From contig OZ320323.1 in NCBI GenBank assembly GCA_976226885.1, positions 29,140,001 through 29,204,000 on the forward strand: 64,000 bases of DNA, in the 5' to 3' direction. How positions within the stretch are numbered: position 1 is the stretch's first letter; every line of letters starts with the position of its first letter. This stretch comes from Iphione sp. A-MEVVRFRX5 (taxonomy: Eukaryota). The position numbers and the translations under genes are program-made. The notes under the pieces were generated by a model. The model made no database searches, was not told the origin of the DNA, and saw only the letters and a program-made list of their open reading frames with translations. This document shows positions 1 to 40,400 of this stretch, in pieces.

Positions 1-77
1 AGGTTTTGGCCTCTGGATGATTTTGTTGATAGCCCTGTAAATAGAACTTACTCATTTCAAGTTTTAATAAATTGCAG

Positions 78-2320
78 ATAACGTTGTGAAAGCTCCGGAC
101 TTGGCAGAGGAGGGCCTGTTGTGGTTTCCCAACCTACTCCTGGCTGATTCCACGTGGATCCTACCCGTGACTGTCGGCTTACTCAACCTCGCCATTGTGG
201 AGGTGATCTTTCAAATTGACTATCCCCCACCTCTACGAGAAGCGGGGGCGGGTGGGAAGGGACCGTAGGATTGATGCTGTCTAACCGTCGGACCTTGGGT
301 TTGTCTCCTCATTAAGTGCAGATAGGAGTCCGTTGTTGACTGGCAGCATAGTTTGACACCACGGACATCTTTAGCAACCACACTTCTGCAGGTGGTCTAC
401 TAGACACGTGTCTGGTCTCCCCCAAAAGTTATACTCAACATTATTCACATCACCTGTTCATATTTCATGTCCAGTCCCCCAGACTCGTGCGAAAAGGGGG
501 GAAATGATTGTTCTCAAGCAACCAAATTAACCCCTTTTACTGATCTAGGACCAAAGAAATCACCCTTTTCAGTAAGAGGCTGACATGTTGGCATTCAAAA
601 ACTCTCCCGATATGAAAATAATGTTGACCTTTGCTTTTCTGGTTGAAAAAAGGGCCCCTTTTAACCCAATCCTAGGGCAAACACCACAAAAAGAACCCTT
701 TTCCCTAAAAATCAAGGGCATGTGAAGTAGGCAGAAAAGGCTACGCTCTCGGTGATTTTCAGAACCAGGATGATTGGACTGGGATTTCTCCAGTCTTTTT
801 GTAATAAGTTTTATCGAGGTACATTAAGAACAAACTTACCGGATGAGATTGGTAGGCAAACAAAGAGATAGTAGAGAAAGCATTGTTGAGAACAGAAAAA
901 AAATTGCTGAGATACAGGTAAACAGCTAGACGAATTATAGAGAGACAAACGATGGCCAGGCCAGGCTACATAACACTTTAAATTTGTTAGTCCGTATTCC
1001 GCCCGATGGCGCCACAGCTGATTCAAGACCGTAGATAAGAGAGCTGCCAATCTCTGTTTTGTCGTGGTCCAAAAATAACGTCTTTTATAGATGCTGTTGG
1101 GGGGGGCAATATAGGTCCTTCCTTTCTTTGCCTTTGTAAAGAGGCTGGACGGCCCCCCCCCCTTTTTTTGTTCCTGTTATCTAGTCTGGGAGAGCTATAT
1201 TAGGTGGCTCCCCCAGTTCCCGGGGACCAGTACAGGCACCCTGGTGTGCAAGGTGGGCCCTAACCCCCTCCCAACCTATACAAGAGAGTGGCATGGGAGG
1301 CGTCCTCCTATTCTCTGTTTTTCTTTGTAAACTATTCAGTTCTAAACCTTCAAAAGTATTTTGATCATGTCTTATCTCTGGAGCAGTCAACAATACATCC
1401 ATATATGCTTTCAGTTTGACTGCCTCCTTAGAGTCTTTCTAAGTACTGATGCGATTGACCAACTGATTACTGTATTTCCTTAACACCCCACTTTATTGAA
1501 GCTGACGTCTACCGTAAATTCTGACATATACATGTACATGCACATATCTTTAGCTATCGCATTGTTGCAACTTTATTGATCTACCTTGTGTCCGCCATAT
1601 TTTCAAGATGCATGCGCTGCATGACGGGAAGCCGTCGCGTCTACAACTGATATTGACCAATGGGCTTCGAGGTCTCTCTCTCCTCATGATACCGATAGCT
1701 GCTTGTGTGCCCAGCGTAAGTCGATTAATACACCTTAGTTGATGCCCTCAAAAATATCAACAAGCTCTAGAACATAATACTCCAAGGGCTAATTTTGTGA
1801 TCTCAAAAGCTATATCACAGATGCTAGACAAATATGAAACTGGTATCTCCATGTTAAACATTACCTGTATGTACTTTGAGGCAAAGTCTAGATTCTGAAG
1901 TTCAATTTTCTCCTATGTTATGAGTGCTCTCTTCTCTCCCCCCCCCCTTTCTTCCTCACAGCCGGTGTTCGCTATCATATTAAATGTAAACATGTAATTA
2001 TAACTTCTCTTCCTGCTTCTTTTCTCTCTCAGTATATTCTCCTCATATTGAACATAAACATGTCATGATAATGCCTCTCTCCTTCTCCTTCAAACTGTAT
2101 ACTTGTAGCCTCTCTCCCTTCTTCGCAGTGTATGTCCTTTTACTGGGCCTGCTCCAGTCTCTTCGGTCTTAGTCAAAATCTCGTACTAAGATTGCCCTCA
2201 GTTCGACAAGCATGTGGACTGACAGTGGAAAGTGAGACACCGCTAAAGGACTTGGCACGAAGGGGCCGGAATAAGTTTTCCAGAATCCGGAAGAATGCGA
2301 AATCAGAAGAGAAGTCATAG
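78..2320 (+). CDS. COX18: Mitochondrial inner-membrane insertase COX18 (OXA1/YidC family), last three coding exons; the 5' part lies upstream of the window
   Basis: Exons 78-202 (GLLWFPNLLLADSTWILPVTVGLLNLAIVE), 1608-1715 (MHALHDGKPSRLQLILTNGLRGLSLLMIPIAACVPS) and 2129-2320 (CMSFYWACSSLFGLSQNLVLRLP...stop). All have AG/GT boundaries and matching phases. Motifs match recalled COX18 (WFPDLTAPDSTWILP; MIPIAATVPS). AATAAA at 2456-2461. Confidence 0.9.
480..760. repeat. Interspersed repeat with repeated ACCC(C)TTTT sub-motifs; related copy at ~8545-8730
   Basis: Several ACCCCTTTT/ACCCTTTT motifs at short spacing at both loci. No clear TIR or TSD. Confidence 0.35.
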
Positions 2321-4066
2321 CAGCTGATGACATAATTGGCTTTACAAGTGGAACAAAACGTTTCTTTAACTTATTGTTTAATATTAAACTTTTTATACGT
2401 CATTGCTTGCAAAAATGTGTATGATATGCCTTTAGACACTGTGATCATATAAGAGAATAAAGATTTGTATGCATGTATAGAGGAAATATATCATGCATAA
2501 CACTTGTTACTGACAGAAATATCTCTACTCATCCATTCGTTGCATATCATTGACATATTGGATAAAGTGGCGATTGGCACAGATTTCTAATATTTTGAGG
2601 CAACGAATTATATTGGCTTGCAACGAAGAACATTCCTAAGCTGATAAATGTATTATATTCCTGAAATCAATAATTCAGTTTATGACGATGCCGAATTTAA
2701 ATTAGTGCCCATAGATAAATCAAGTTAACAAAACAAAGTGTCTGCTCAGCCTTTGACATGTGTCGTTTGATGGTGCTGTCATCCCTTGAGAGACTTTGAT
2801 GTTTTAAATTTTTGCACATAAAATATGTGAATATCTTTTGCTGAAGTGCAATGTTTTGGCTGGAGAATGGCATTGTATTTATGCGATGTAAAAAGGGATG
2901 CCGTTTTGTGGATCGTTTCCTGCTATTATCTCATGTGCAGGAGGGATATCTTAAACAAAAAATAGGTACAGAATCCTGCTGAGAGGTGATGGAATCCTCT
3001 TTGCATATTTCCAATAAAGACGTATCTATCGAAATAAAAAGTGAAATACTTGATCATAAAAACAAAATCTCAAGAGCATGTTAATTATCCGGTTTGACTG
3101 ATTACCAGGTAGGTATCCACCGTGGTAATTATTCGATGGAACACCCCAATGGTTGCCTGAACACTTTAATGAATACTGATGAGAAGTTATGTCACTAGTG
3201 GGTGTTTCATGCTTGGAGCCCGCCGAGGAAGAGCAACTGTGCATTTATAACCAGGATAACAAGACAGAGCAGAGAGAGAGAGAGAGTGGCAGTGTGTGGG
3301 TGTGGGTGGACGTCCCATTGTCAGACAGCTGCCCATTAAAGCCATGATATGCATGACCAACACATTGATGAGAAATATACCAATTTGACTGGTTTCTCCG
3401 TTTTAACACTAGCTTCTCCACTGGTTTATCACGTTGACCCCATACATTATAGTACTCAATATGGTACTCAATCAATTTTCCTTCAAGAAAATAAACAATT
3501 GTCGGTAACTAAACTCTGGCCTTCTCTTGTCTTGCTTAGGGAACGTTTTGTTCCCTCTCCATTTACCATAGAGACTCAGTTAAAGACCATTTTGCAGGAG
3601 AGAGCATACAGTGGTAGAGATCAAGTTAAGCCCGAACCAAAATAAACGACCTTAGAAGACAAGTGTTTCACAGGAGAGACTACCTCTTAGAAAAGCTTGG
3701 TCTCCTAAGCGAGGCTCTACTGTAGTAGGTAGGAATGGGGTTAGTGACCTTTGTCTACATTGACAAGGCTTACAGAGAGTAGAAGGCATGGTAGTGAATG
3801 AACAAAACTAACAGGAAAGAAAGCATGGAAAGCTACTTCTCTAAGATTGGAAGAAGTGACAGCTATCATAAAGTGTAGAATGAGTGACATCTGATAGACA
3901 AGGCTCTGAGATTAGAAGGAGTGACATATAATAATAATGTAGGAGTGATAAAGCTCGTTTTAATTATAAGCGCCAAATGTTATCTGATCTCAACATCTAG
4001 CGGCAATCTTCATCTTCTTCAAGACCCTTACATCCAACGTCCATCGTTCAAATTCTTGGTGAATAT

Positions 4067-4215
4067 NNNNNNNNNNNNNNNNNNNNNNNNNNNNNNNNNN
4101 NNNNNNNNNNNNNNNNNNNNNNNNNNNNNNNNNNNNNNNNNNNNNNNNNNNNNNNNNNNNNNNNNNNNNNNNNNNNNNNNNNNNNNNNNNNNNNNNNNNN
4201 NNNNNNNNNNNNNNN
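4067..4215. other. Assembly gap (N run)
   Basis: Run of N in the sequence. Confidence 1.
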
Positions 4216-4689
4216 CTGATCCCTGTGCTACTTTCTTTCTTGTTTCTCTGCTTTGTATATTCCACCAATTGTTTCTCCTATTATCCTCTCTATCACTAGG
4301 CCATATTAATCTTTCATCCCTTCTCTTTTCTTAAAATTCTCTACCCCTCCCAGTAGGGTAGGGTTGGGTAGGGTAGGGTCGGCAGCGTGTCTCGCTCTTT
4401 CTTAACCGATGTTTCTTAACCGATGTTACCTTTGTGTCCCCCTCTCTATGTGCCCCTCTGTGTTTCTCACTCTACCCGTCTGTCTCTCTATCCCTCTGTT
4501 TGTCTCTTTGTTTTTGCACTGTCCGTCTGTCCGTTTCTCTCTTGTTGCCTCTAGGCTCTCTCTCCTGCAATATTCTCTTAGAACTTCGTGTCTGCCGTTG
4601 TCTTGTTCACGCGTCGTTTACCCGTCTCCTCTCATCACCTTGACTTGACTTGTTTTGGCGTATTGGAGACGCCGGGGCTTCGCCGATGA

Positions 4690-5270
4690 GGCAGCCCAAT
4701 AGCGTGTGACAGCATGTGCAGTGTACCGAAGTGCACGTGCACTCACCCCCTCTCGCCAGGGTTACAGTGGGTTGGGATACCCACCGGTGTGCTGCACACC
4801 TTCTTCGCCGACCAGGTCGGCATGGGGACCGAAGTCCCAGGGAGACTCACTCGCAGCCGGACGTTAGCAGGAGGATGGCTGGCTTGATCTAAACTTTCCT
4901 CGCCCACCACAAACGGGACGTCCTCAGGGCCCCCCCCGGAACTATATTTTACGTCGGGCCGGGGGAAAACGACGGCGGGCCAACTCGGAAGTGGCTCAGG
5001 CGTCCGTGACGATGATTGGCAGGTGTCAGTGAGTATAGAGTGGGTGGGTGCTCAGTCAAGCGTGACGTCAGAACGGGGTCCAAGTCCCGGTCGGCAGCCG
5101 GTTCCAGCCCCTCTCACCCCAGTCCGACCTGGCGACAGCGGCTCGGTGACCGCCGGTGCTACTATGACGTCACGATGTAAACCAGGCGTGGCGAGTTGCC
5201 CGTGCGTCTCCCGCGCCACTCACCCCCTGGCAACAGGGTTACAGTGGTTTGCTAAGACCACCGGTGGTCC
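4690..5270. promoter_or_regulatory. CpG/GC-rich putative promoter or enhancer upstream of the mosaic protease-like gene
   Basis: GC/CpG-rich against an AT-rich background. Two perfect TGACGTCA (CRE) palindromes at 5063-5070 and 5165-5172, a CCAAT near 4696, ATTGG near 5015 and CGGAAGT (ETS-like) near 4985. Confidence 0.4.
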
Positions 5271-5944
5271 GGTCTACACAGTAACAACGTACATGTTCAC
5301 AGAAATAAAGGTTCCCACACCAATATAACTGAGAACTAGCACCACAAAGGGTTACAGGCTGGTCAAACCAACGGCCCTGCTTTGTACGTGTTACACTATA
5401 ACTGAGTCCTGCCCACTCTCTCTGCTGAACACCTACCTCTCAAAGCACGTCCGCACAGCTCCACTCCCGAGAGGGTCATCACCTTCTTTCATTCGCCCTT
5501 TTATCGTCCGGCCCTTGCCCCGCCCTCTGTCCCATTGTTTGTTTTGGCTTTGGTTTCACCCCTCGCCAAGCAGGAAACTGAAGTTGCCATGGCAACGCAC
5601 AAAAGTCCGGCCGCAGCTATCAGGGATGCTGCGGGGATGGTGTGAAATGGGTAGCGGGGGGTACCAATGTTTAAGGGGGTGGCTTGAGGGAGGGCGTTCT
5701 CGGGCGGAGCAGGCGGAGAGAGGAGATTGATTTTCCGCTGCTGATGACAGCGCAGTTAGTAGTAAGCCGTCGATCGTGCAACAGGAACTATCACGACCGT
5801 CAGACGGAGTTTTCCAACAGACGGCATATTAATGTAGGCAGGACAGTCCAAGGTTCACATGCAAGCCAATGCGCACATCTACATACTATATTCATACAGT
5901 AGAAATCTGTGTTTGTACACAGCGGGTAGGGAAAAAATATACCA

Positions 5945-35274
<29,330 letters not shown>

Positions 35275-36386
35275 CAGGAGTAATATACACGTGCACGAAC
35301 TCATCATCGCAGAACACCCCCCCCCCCCGGCCCACTGTACCCACTCTAGGGTACAAGACAATCCGACGCTTATGGTATCGGGCGATGGGTCTCGGGGATG
35401 CAGTTCGAGCCCCCACCCCCACCCCCTCTTCTGGAAGAGATTAGACTTTCCTTTAACTCAACTTCTAGGTATGGCCCATATACGTGTATAAGCTGGAGCA
35501 GGTTTAATTCTTCATCGCACATACTTCAGTCGTTCGGGGAAGACTGCTGCCATGTGTGCAATCGTCTACAAAAACTTGCTCATCGTTCTGATGAATGTGA
35601 GCTAATTTTCAATCTTGGACACCACTACCAAGATCCCACCTGGAAATGCATATTCGTAATTCAATATTTCGGAGTCCGCAAAACTATACAGTATTTATAC
35701 TCGAGCGAGACATGTGCCGAAACTCTTTAAGAATTATGTGGCATTAAATTAAAGTGAAATTAGGTCCATAGTTAAATCTCTTTCCTCGTCTTGACCAGTT
35801 CGTCTATTATCTGTATTGATTAACTGCTACATGTAATATTTCTTACTCTTATAGGCCAAATGGTTAATTTTGGCAATACCGATTTAAAGGTGTAAGTAAC
35901 GTATATCGGAGGCCTTCTCATTTAAATTGCACGTCGCCAGTATTAAGGACGTCATTTCCTGTAGGCACTGCTACATCGAAAGGCCTACTCGTGTCTCTGG
36001 TTGATCGTGATGTAATATCTCTAATATCATTGAGCCAAATGGATAACTGCCGATATTGTCAGCAAAGGGAAAGGACGAACCATACACGTGTACAGTTTCA
36101 CATCGTGAAACACTGTCATCCAACTGGTGCTTTCTGGTATGCATTTGGTCCCTATCAATGTGTTAACTGTATATCACTTTCAACAAATAAAGCAAAGGTT
36201 TCCTTTTCCACTATGAGCTGGCTTTATTGTAATCTGTACATGAGTCTTAAGGTGAATAAGACGATAAAGTTCCCTCGTAATGAAGTCGATGGCAGTCGTC
36301 TTACTGCAAGAGAAAAAAAACAATGGGTCAGTTTATGCAAACAAAAATTCAAACAAAAACATCACACTATATGCAAGGCCCTCTTG

Positions 36387-36689
36387 CAGGGTCCCCACCC
36401 AAATTTTATTTTCAAATTCCCTGTGTTTTCCCTGTGCCATGGCAGTTTTCCCTGTGTTGGTTTCTGTACAACTTTATAAGACAATGCTTTGAATTATATA
36501 TAGATGATCTTCTAACTAATAATGTTGACCTTGTCTTGAAGGAAAAATGATCTATGACTTGTTTTACTGATTTTCAGAATTTTTTTCCCTGCGTTTTCCC
36601 TGTGATTGGTCCAAATTTTCAAATTCCCTGTTTTCCCAGACGGAATTTTTTTTGCCATTTTCCGTTTTCCCTGTGCAGTGGGGACCCTG
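36387..36689. mobile_element. hAT-like MITE (CAGGGTCCCCAC TIR), copy 1
   Basis: TIRs CAGGGTCCCCAC/GTGGGGACCCTG with internal TTTTCCCTGTG repeats. Inverted homolog of 52545-52842. Confidence 0.8.
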
Positions 36690-37414
36690 GTCTCGATCCA
36701 TTGTCAATGGTTACAGTGAACTTTATCCACATGTGCCTGAGAATTCAATGCATCAAGTACGGTGGTTCTCTCTAAAAGCGTCACCATTTCTGAATGCGAG
36801 GAAGCTCCAGGGTGTCTCAACTTCAAGCATGTAATTTACTTTCATAAAGACAAAAAAGATTTAGTTAATTTGGATACAATTAACATGAAATCAAGAAAAT
36901 AATTGTATTGATCACAAATAAATGTTGGTTCCATGGGGGATCTGGTTAAGTGAGCACCGATTCACCAGATTTGCCCATCTCTGAATTCATCCTCTACTCA
37001 AAGAAATACGGACTTTAATAATGGTTGTCCATGCGGAGGATCCACTGTTTTAGTTGTTCAATAAAAGAATGAATTGATATTATTGTCATATCACCATTCA
37101 AGTTTAACCAATTCGACGTTGAGGCCCACAACAAAACGTGGTTCATATTAGAAACCCGACCCTTTTTAACGTGCTTGAAGTTGGAAGTTTAACCCATTTT
37201 AGAAGAATGTACGGGTGGTCTTCATACACAGATAAGGAACGCGGTCCAGTTAGAATGGGGAATTTCAACAGGTTCTAATCCAGAAGTGGGGTTGCTAAGG
37301 ATGACAGTTGTGGCAAACATTGCTGTTAGTCAACTAACTTCTCTCATCACCGATAAGAGACTATCATCCACTCTGTGCAGGTCTGATGTTGGCAATAGGT
37401 CGCCATGGTGATTA

Positions 37415-40400
37415 TCATTTCTGCAAAGATGCTATCGTAATGGAGTCCAAATGGAGGGGATTGCAGGGTGGAGGGCTGCGTTTTGCAGCCCGTCTATGCA
37501 TAAGGATAGGTTTTATGACTGACAAATGACCACAGTTTGCAAAAATTACCTCCGAAGTAGTGACTACAGCATAATTAAAGAGAATCTAGCACCCTATGGT
37601 TTGTTCCTCCAACTTCAGGTACGACACAAAAAAAGTAACACATCGACATCAAAGCACTGCCAACACATAGACCCCCCTTCTTGCATCCAAGCGCAATGCA
37701 GTCAGCATTCATCCACTGTTACTAGGACTCATGTCCACAAGCGCGGAATAACAGAAGCGGCAGCAAGGCAGATTAGGAGGGAGGTAGTTTGTATACGATT
37801 CCCACTCTTCACACGTTAGAAAAGCGTTTGTCAGTTGCACCTGTTTTCTGTGTAACTGACTCCAAATCTAAGAAGCACCAATCATTTCATTCATTCTTCC
37901 CAAGTGTAGCACGCCGGCTAGTGCTATTAGTGAAAAGCAGAACTACCATCATGACGCTGTTCTGCTCAGAAGGTGAAAAGCATAACCACACACATTCAAT
38001 GTCTTAGCCACTGAAAATTACTGGACAATGATGTTACTTCTTTCAGTCATTGTGCCCAAATTATAACGCACGTAAAATAAAGGATAGCAATGAAAATGCG
38101 CTGGACAGGGAGGGGATCAGAGATGTGAAAAGGAACTGGAGGATGACAGCAACAGCAGGGGAGACATGATAGGTCTGGGCAAGGGTACAGACAGAAATAG
38201 GATGCAGGGTACGAGGCAACAGGATGTCAAGACAGAAGGACAGAAATGGAAATGAACAATGGTAGCAGGTCTGGACAAGGGTAGAGAAGAAATAGGGCCA
38301 CAACAGGACAGATTTGGAAACAAAGGGAGGGAGATATCGAGAGACACATGAATGATGTAAGATGAGGATATTATTCCATCAATGAAGAATAAATTACGAA
38401 ACGGTTAGAGCACTGTTTTTTGTTGTTTGTTTTTTAATACGACACAATGGCAAAGACATCGAATTCAGGAAACATCTTCGGCTTAACTCACATACTTACG
38501 CCACAAGCCCGATGCATATGATGAATTTATCTTCCCTGAAAAGTATTGTGTTAAATATACTGGATACGGCACACAAGATAGATCAACCTGCGTTCACACA
38601 TGTACCTTGTCCTCTACATGTATATAATAAAAACAGAAATGGGAAATATGAAATTCGTTGGCAATAACACAATAAAGGAGATGAAGGACAAGGGAAAGTA
38701 AAACAGACAGGAAATCAGAGTGAGTGAGACCGTCTATGAGAGTGTGGGGGAGAGACTAGGTGATGGAGCTGTCAATTTTATATGACGTCGTATTTGAATT
38801 CAACATGACTACCTGATTATACTTTTCATCCGAAAACTCTACACTGGTCAATGTGGAAAAAAAACCCACGATGGTTTCTGCATTCTTTTCTAAATCACAA
38901 CAACGTAGTCCCCAATACGATAAGCAATCCTGACCTAAGATAAACAACTACTACTGCACACTAATGAATCCAAATCATAATGTCTCCACCCACCTTCTTG
39001 CCAGCTGCGCCGACCTTCGCCTTCGCTGTTCCCCGGACTTTCTTTTGCCTGTTTTTGCGTTCCTTACGTTGCTTTCGCGATGCCCGCTTGATCTCCATCA
39101 GGCCGTGCTGAAACGGGGAGGTGGAAATACATATGGAAATACATATGACTACAATATATCATTTTAGACTCACCTCAGAACGATCCTTAACAGGGAAAAG
39201 GTATAGAGGAGGAAGAAACTAGTACTTGCTACTCTCATCAACACAGAGCTGCAGGAAAACCCATGCAGGTGACACGAGAACAAAGATATAACAACGCAAC
39301 AACGCCGTCTTCATCTTGTCCCTTACATTTGCTATTTGTTTACATGTTAAAACTATATGAAGGATGTCACAATCTTAATACCAGGATACATCCCAAATCA
39401 GTGAATATATCCAACGATGCGATAATTGCTTTTTTCTGTAGCACTGAAATTTCGACCACAAAAGGGGACCACACACCCCGCAGGGAGATACCACAGTGCA
39501 CATATTTTCTTCTGAATTATTTTTCTTAGAACACTGCTACATCCTTTATCCCTCCTCTCTACACACACCCAGTAAAAGATATACTCGTCTATCCAACTCT
39601 TACTTTAAGAAATTAAGAAAACATAAAACGACAGAATTAGCAAACAAGTGGCCACAATGGTGTATCAGATATGGAAAAATCAATGCAGGTCCAGTCACCC
39701 CCATTCGACAGCTGGTTTGTGTCCCTGTCACCAGCCCTCATCTTTGTAGTTCAACCGGTTCCAGTTACACTTACAGTAACCAAGTGTTTCACCAAAGCCA
39801 GTCCTTTAAGCCAGTCTTCAGAATATCAAGTAAATACTAAATTTCAAGCTCTACAGTGGGCACTACCTGTGAGAGGTAGCTTATTCCTTTACTTCAAATT
39901 ATGGGCTTGCCTCTCAGATAAAACGGGCCTACTGAGCTCATTTATAAGGTAACCAATACAAATGAGACTACAAGGCTTCCTCTACCTGTAACAAATCCGT
40001 AGATTACATTAATTTACCAATGAAATGTGATCATGACTTTGTACCAGCGGGTATTTGCCACCTGGACCACCTCTGGGAGACACCTGGTGTCTGCCAATGA
40101 CAGAAGTCCATGTGTATATAAAAGCTGTAAATATTCTACAACTCTTGTCTTGTCTATCACTCCATATGGAGTAAGTTGTCTACATTCTAAAAGTTCAGGT
40201 CACTTCAAACCTATCTGAGAGATGTCCCAACCTTAATACCAGGATATATCACAAATCAGTGAATATATCCAACGATGCGATAATTGCTTTTTTCTGTAGC
40301 ACTGAAATTTCGACCACAAAAGGGGACCACACACCCCGCAGGGAGATACCACAGTGCACATATTTTCTTCTGAATTATTTTTCTTAGAACACTGCTACAT

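Noticed and set aside
39481-39500. GCAGGGAGATACCA on the plus strand resembles the 5' part of U1 snRNA
   Set aside because: The match is short, with no ATACTTACC 5' end and no Sm site. It is the complement of the snoRNA guide pocket.
40063-40187. Plus-strand hairpin-ATATAA-hairpin-ACA pattern in each spacer, resembling an H/ACA RNA
   Set aside because: It is antisense to the host gene and the pocket-to-box distances (about 23 and 9 nt) are outside 14-16 nt. The minus-strand reading lacks an ACA box.
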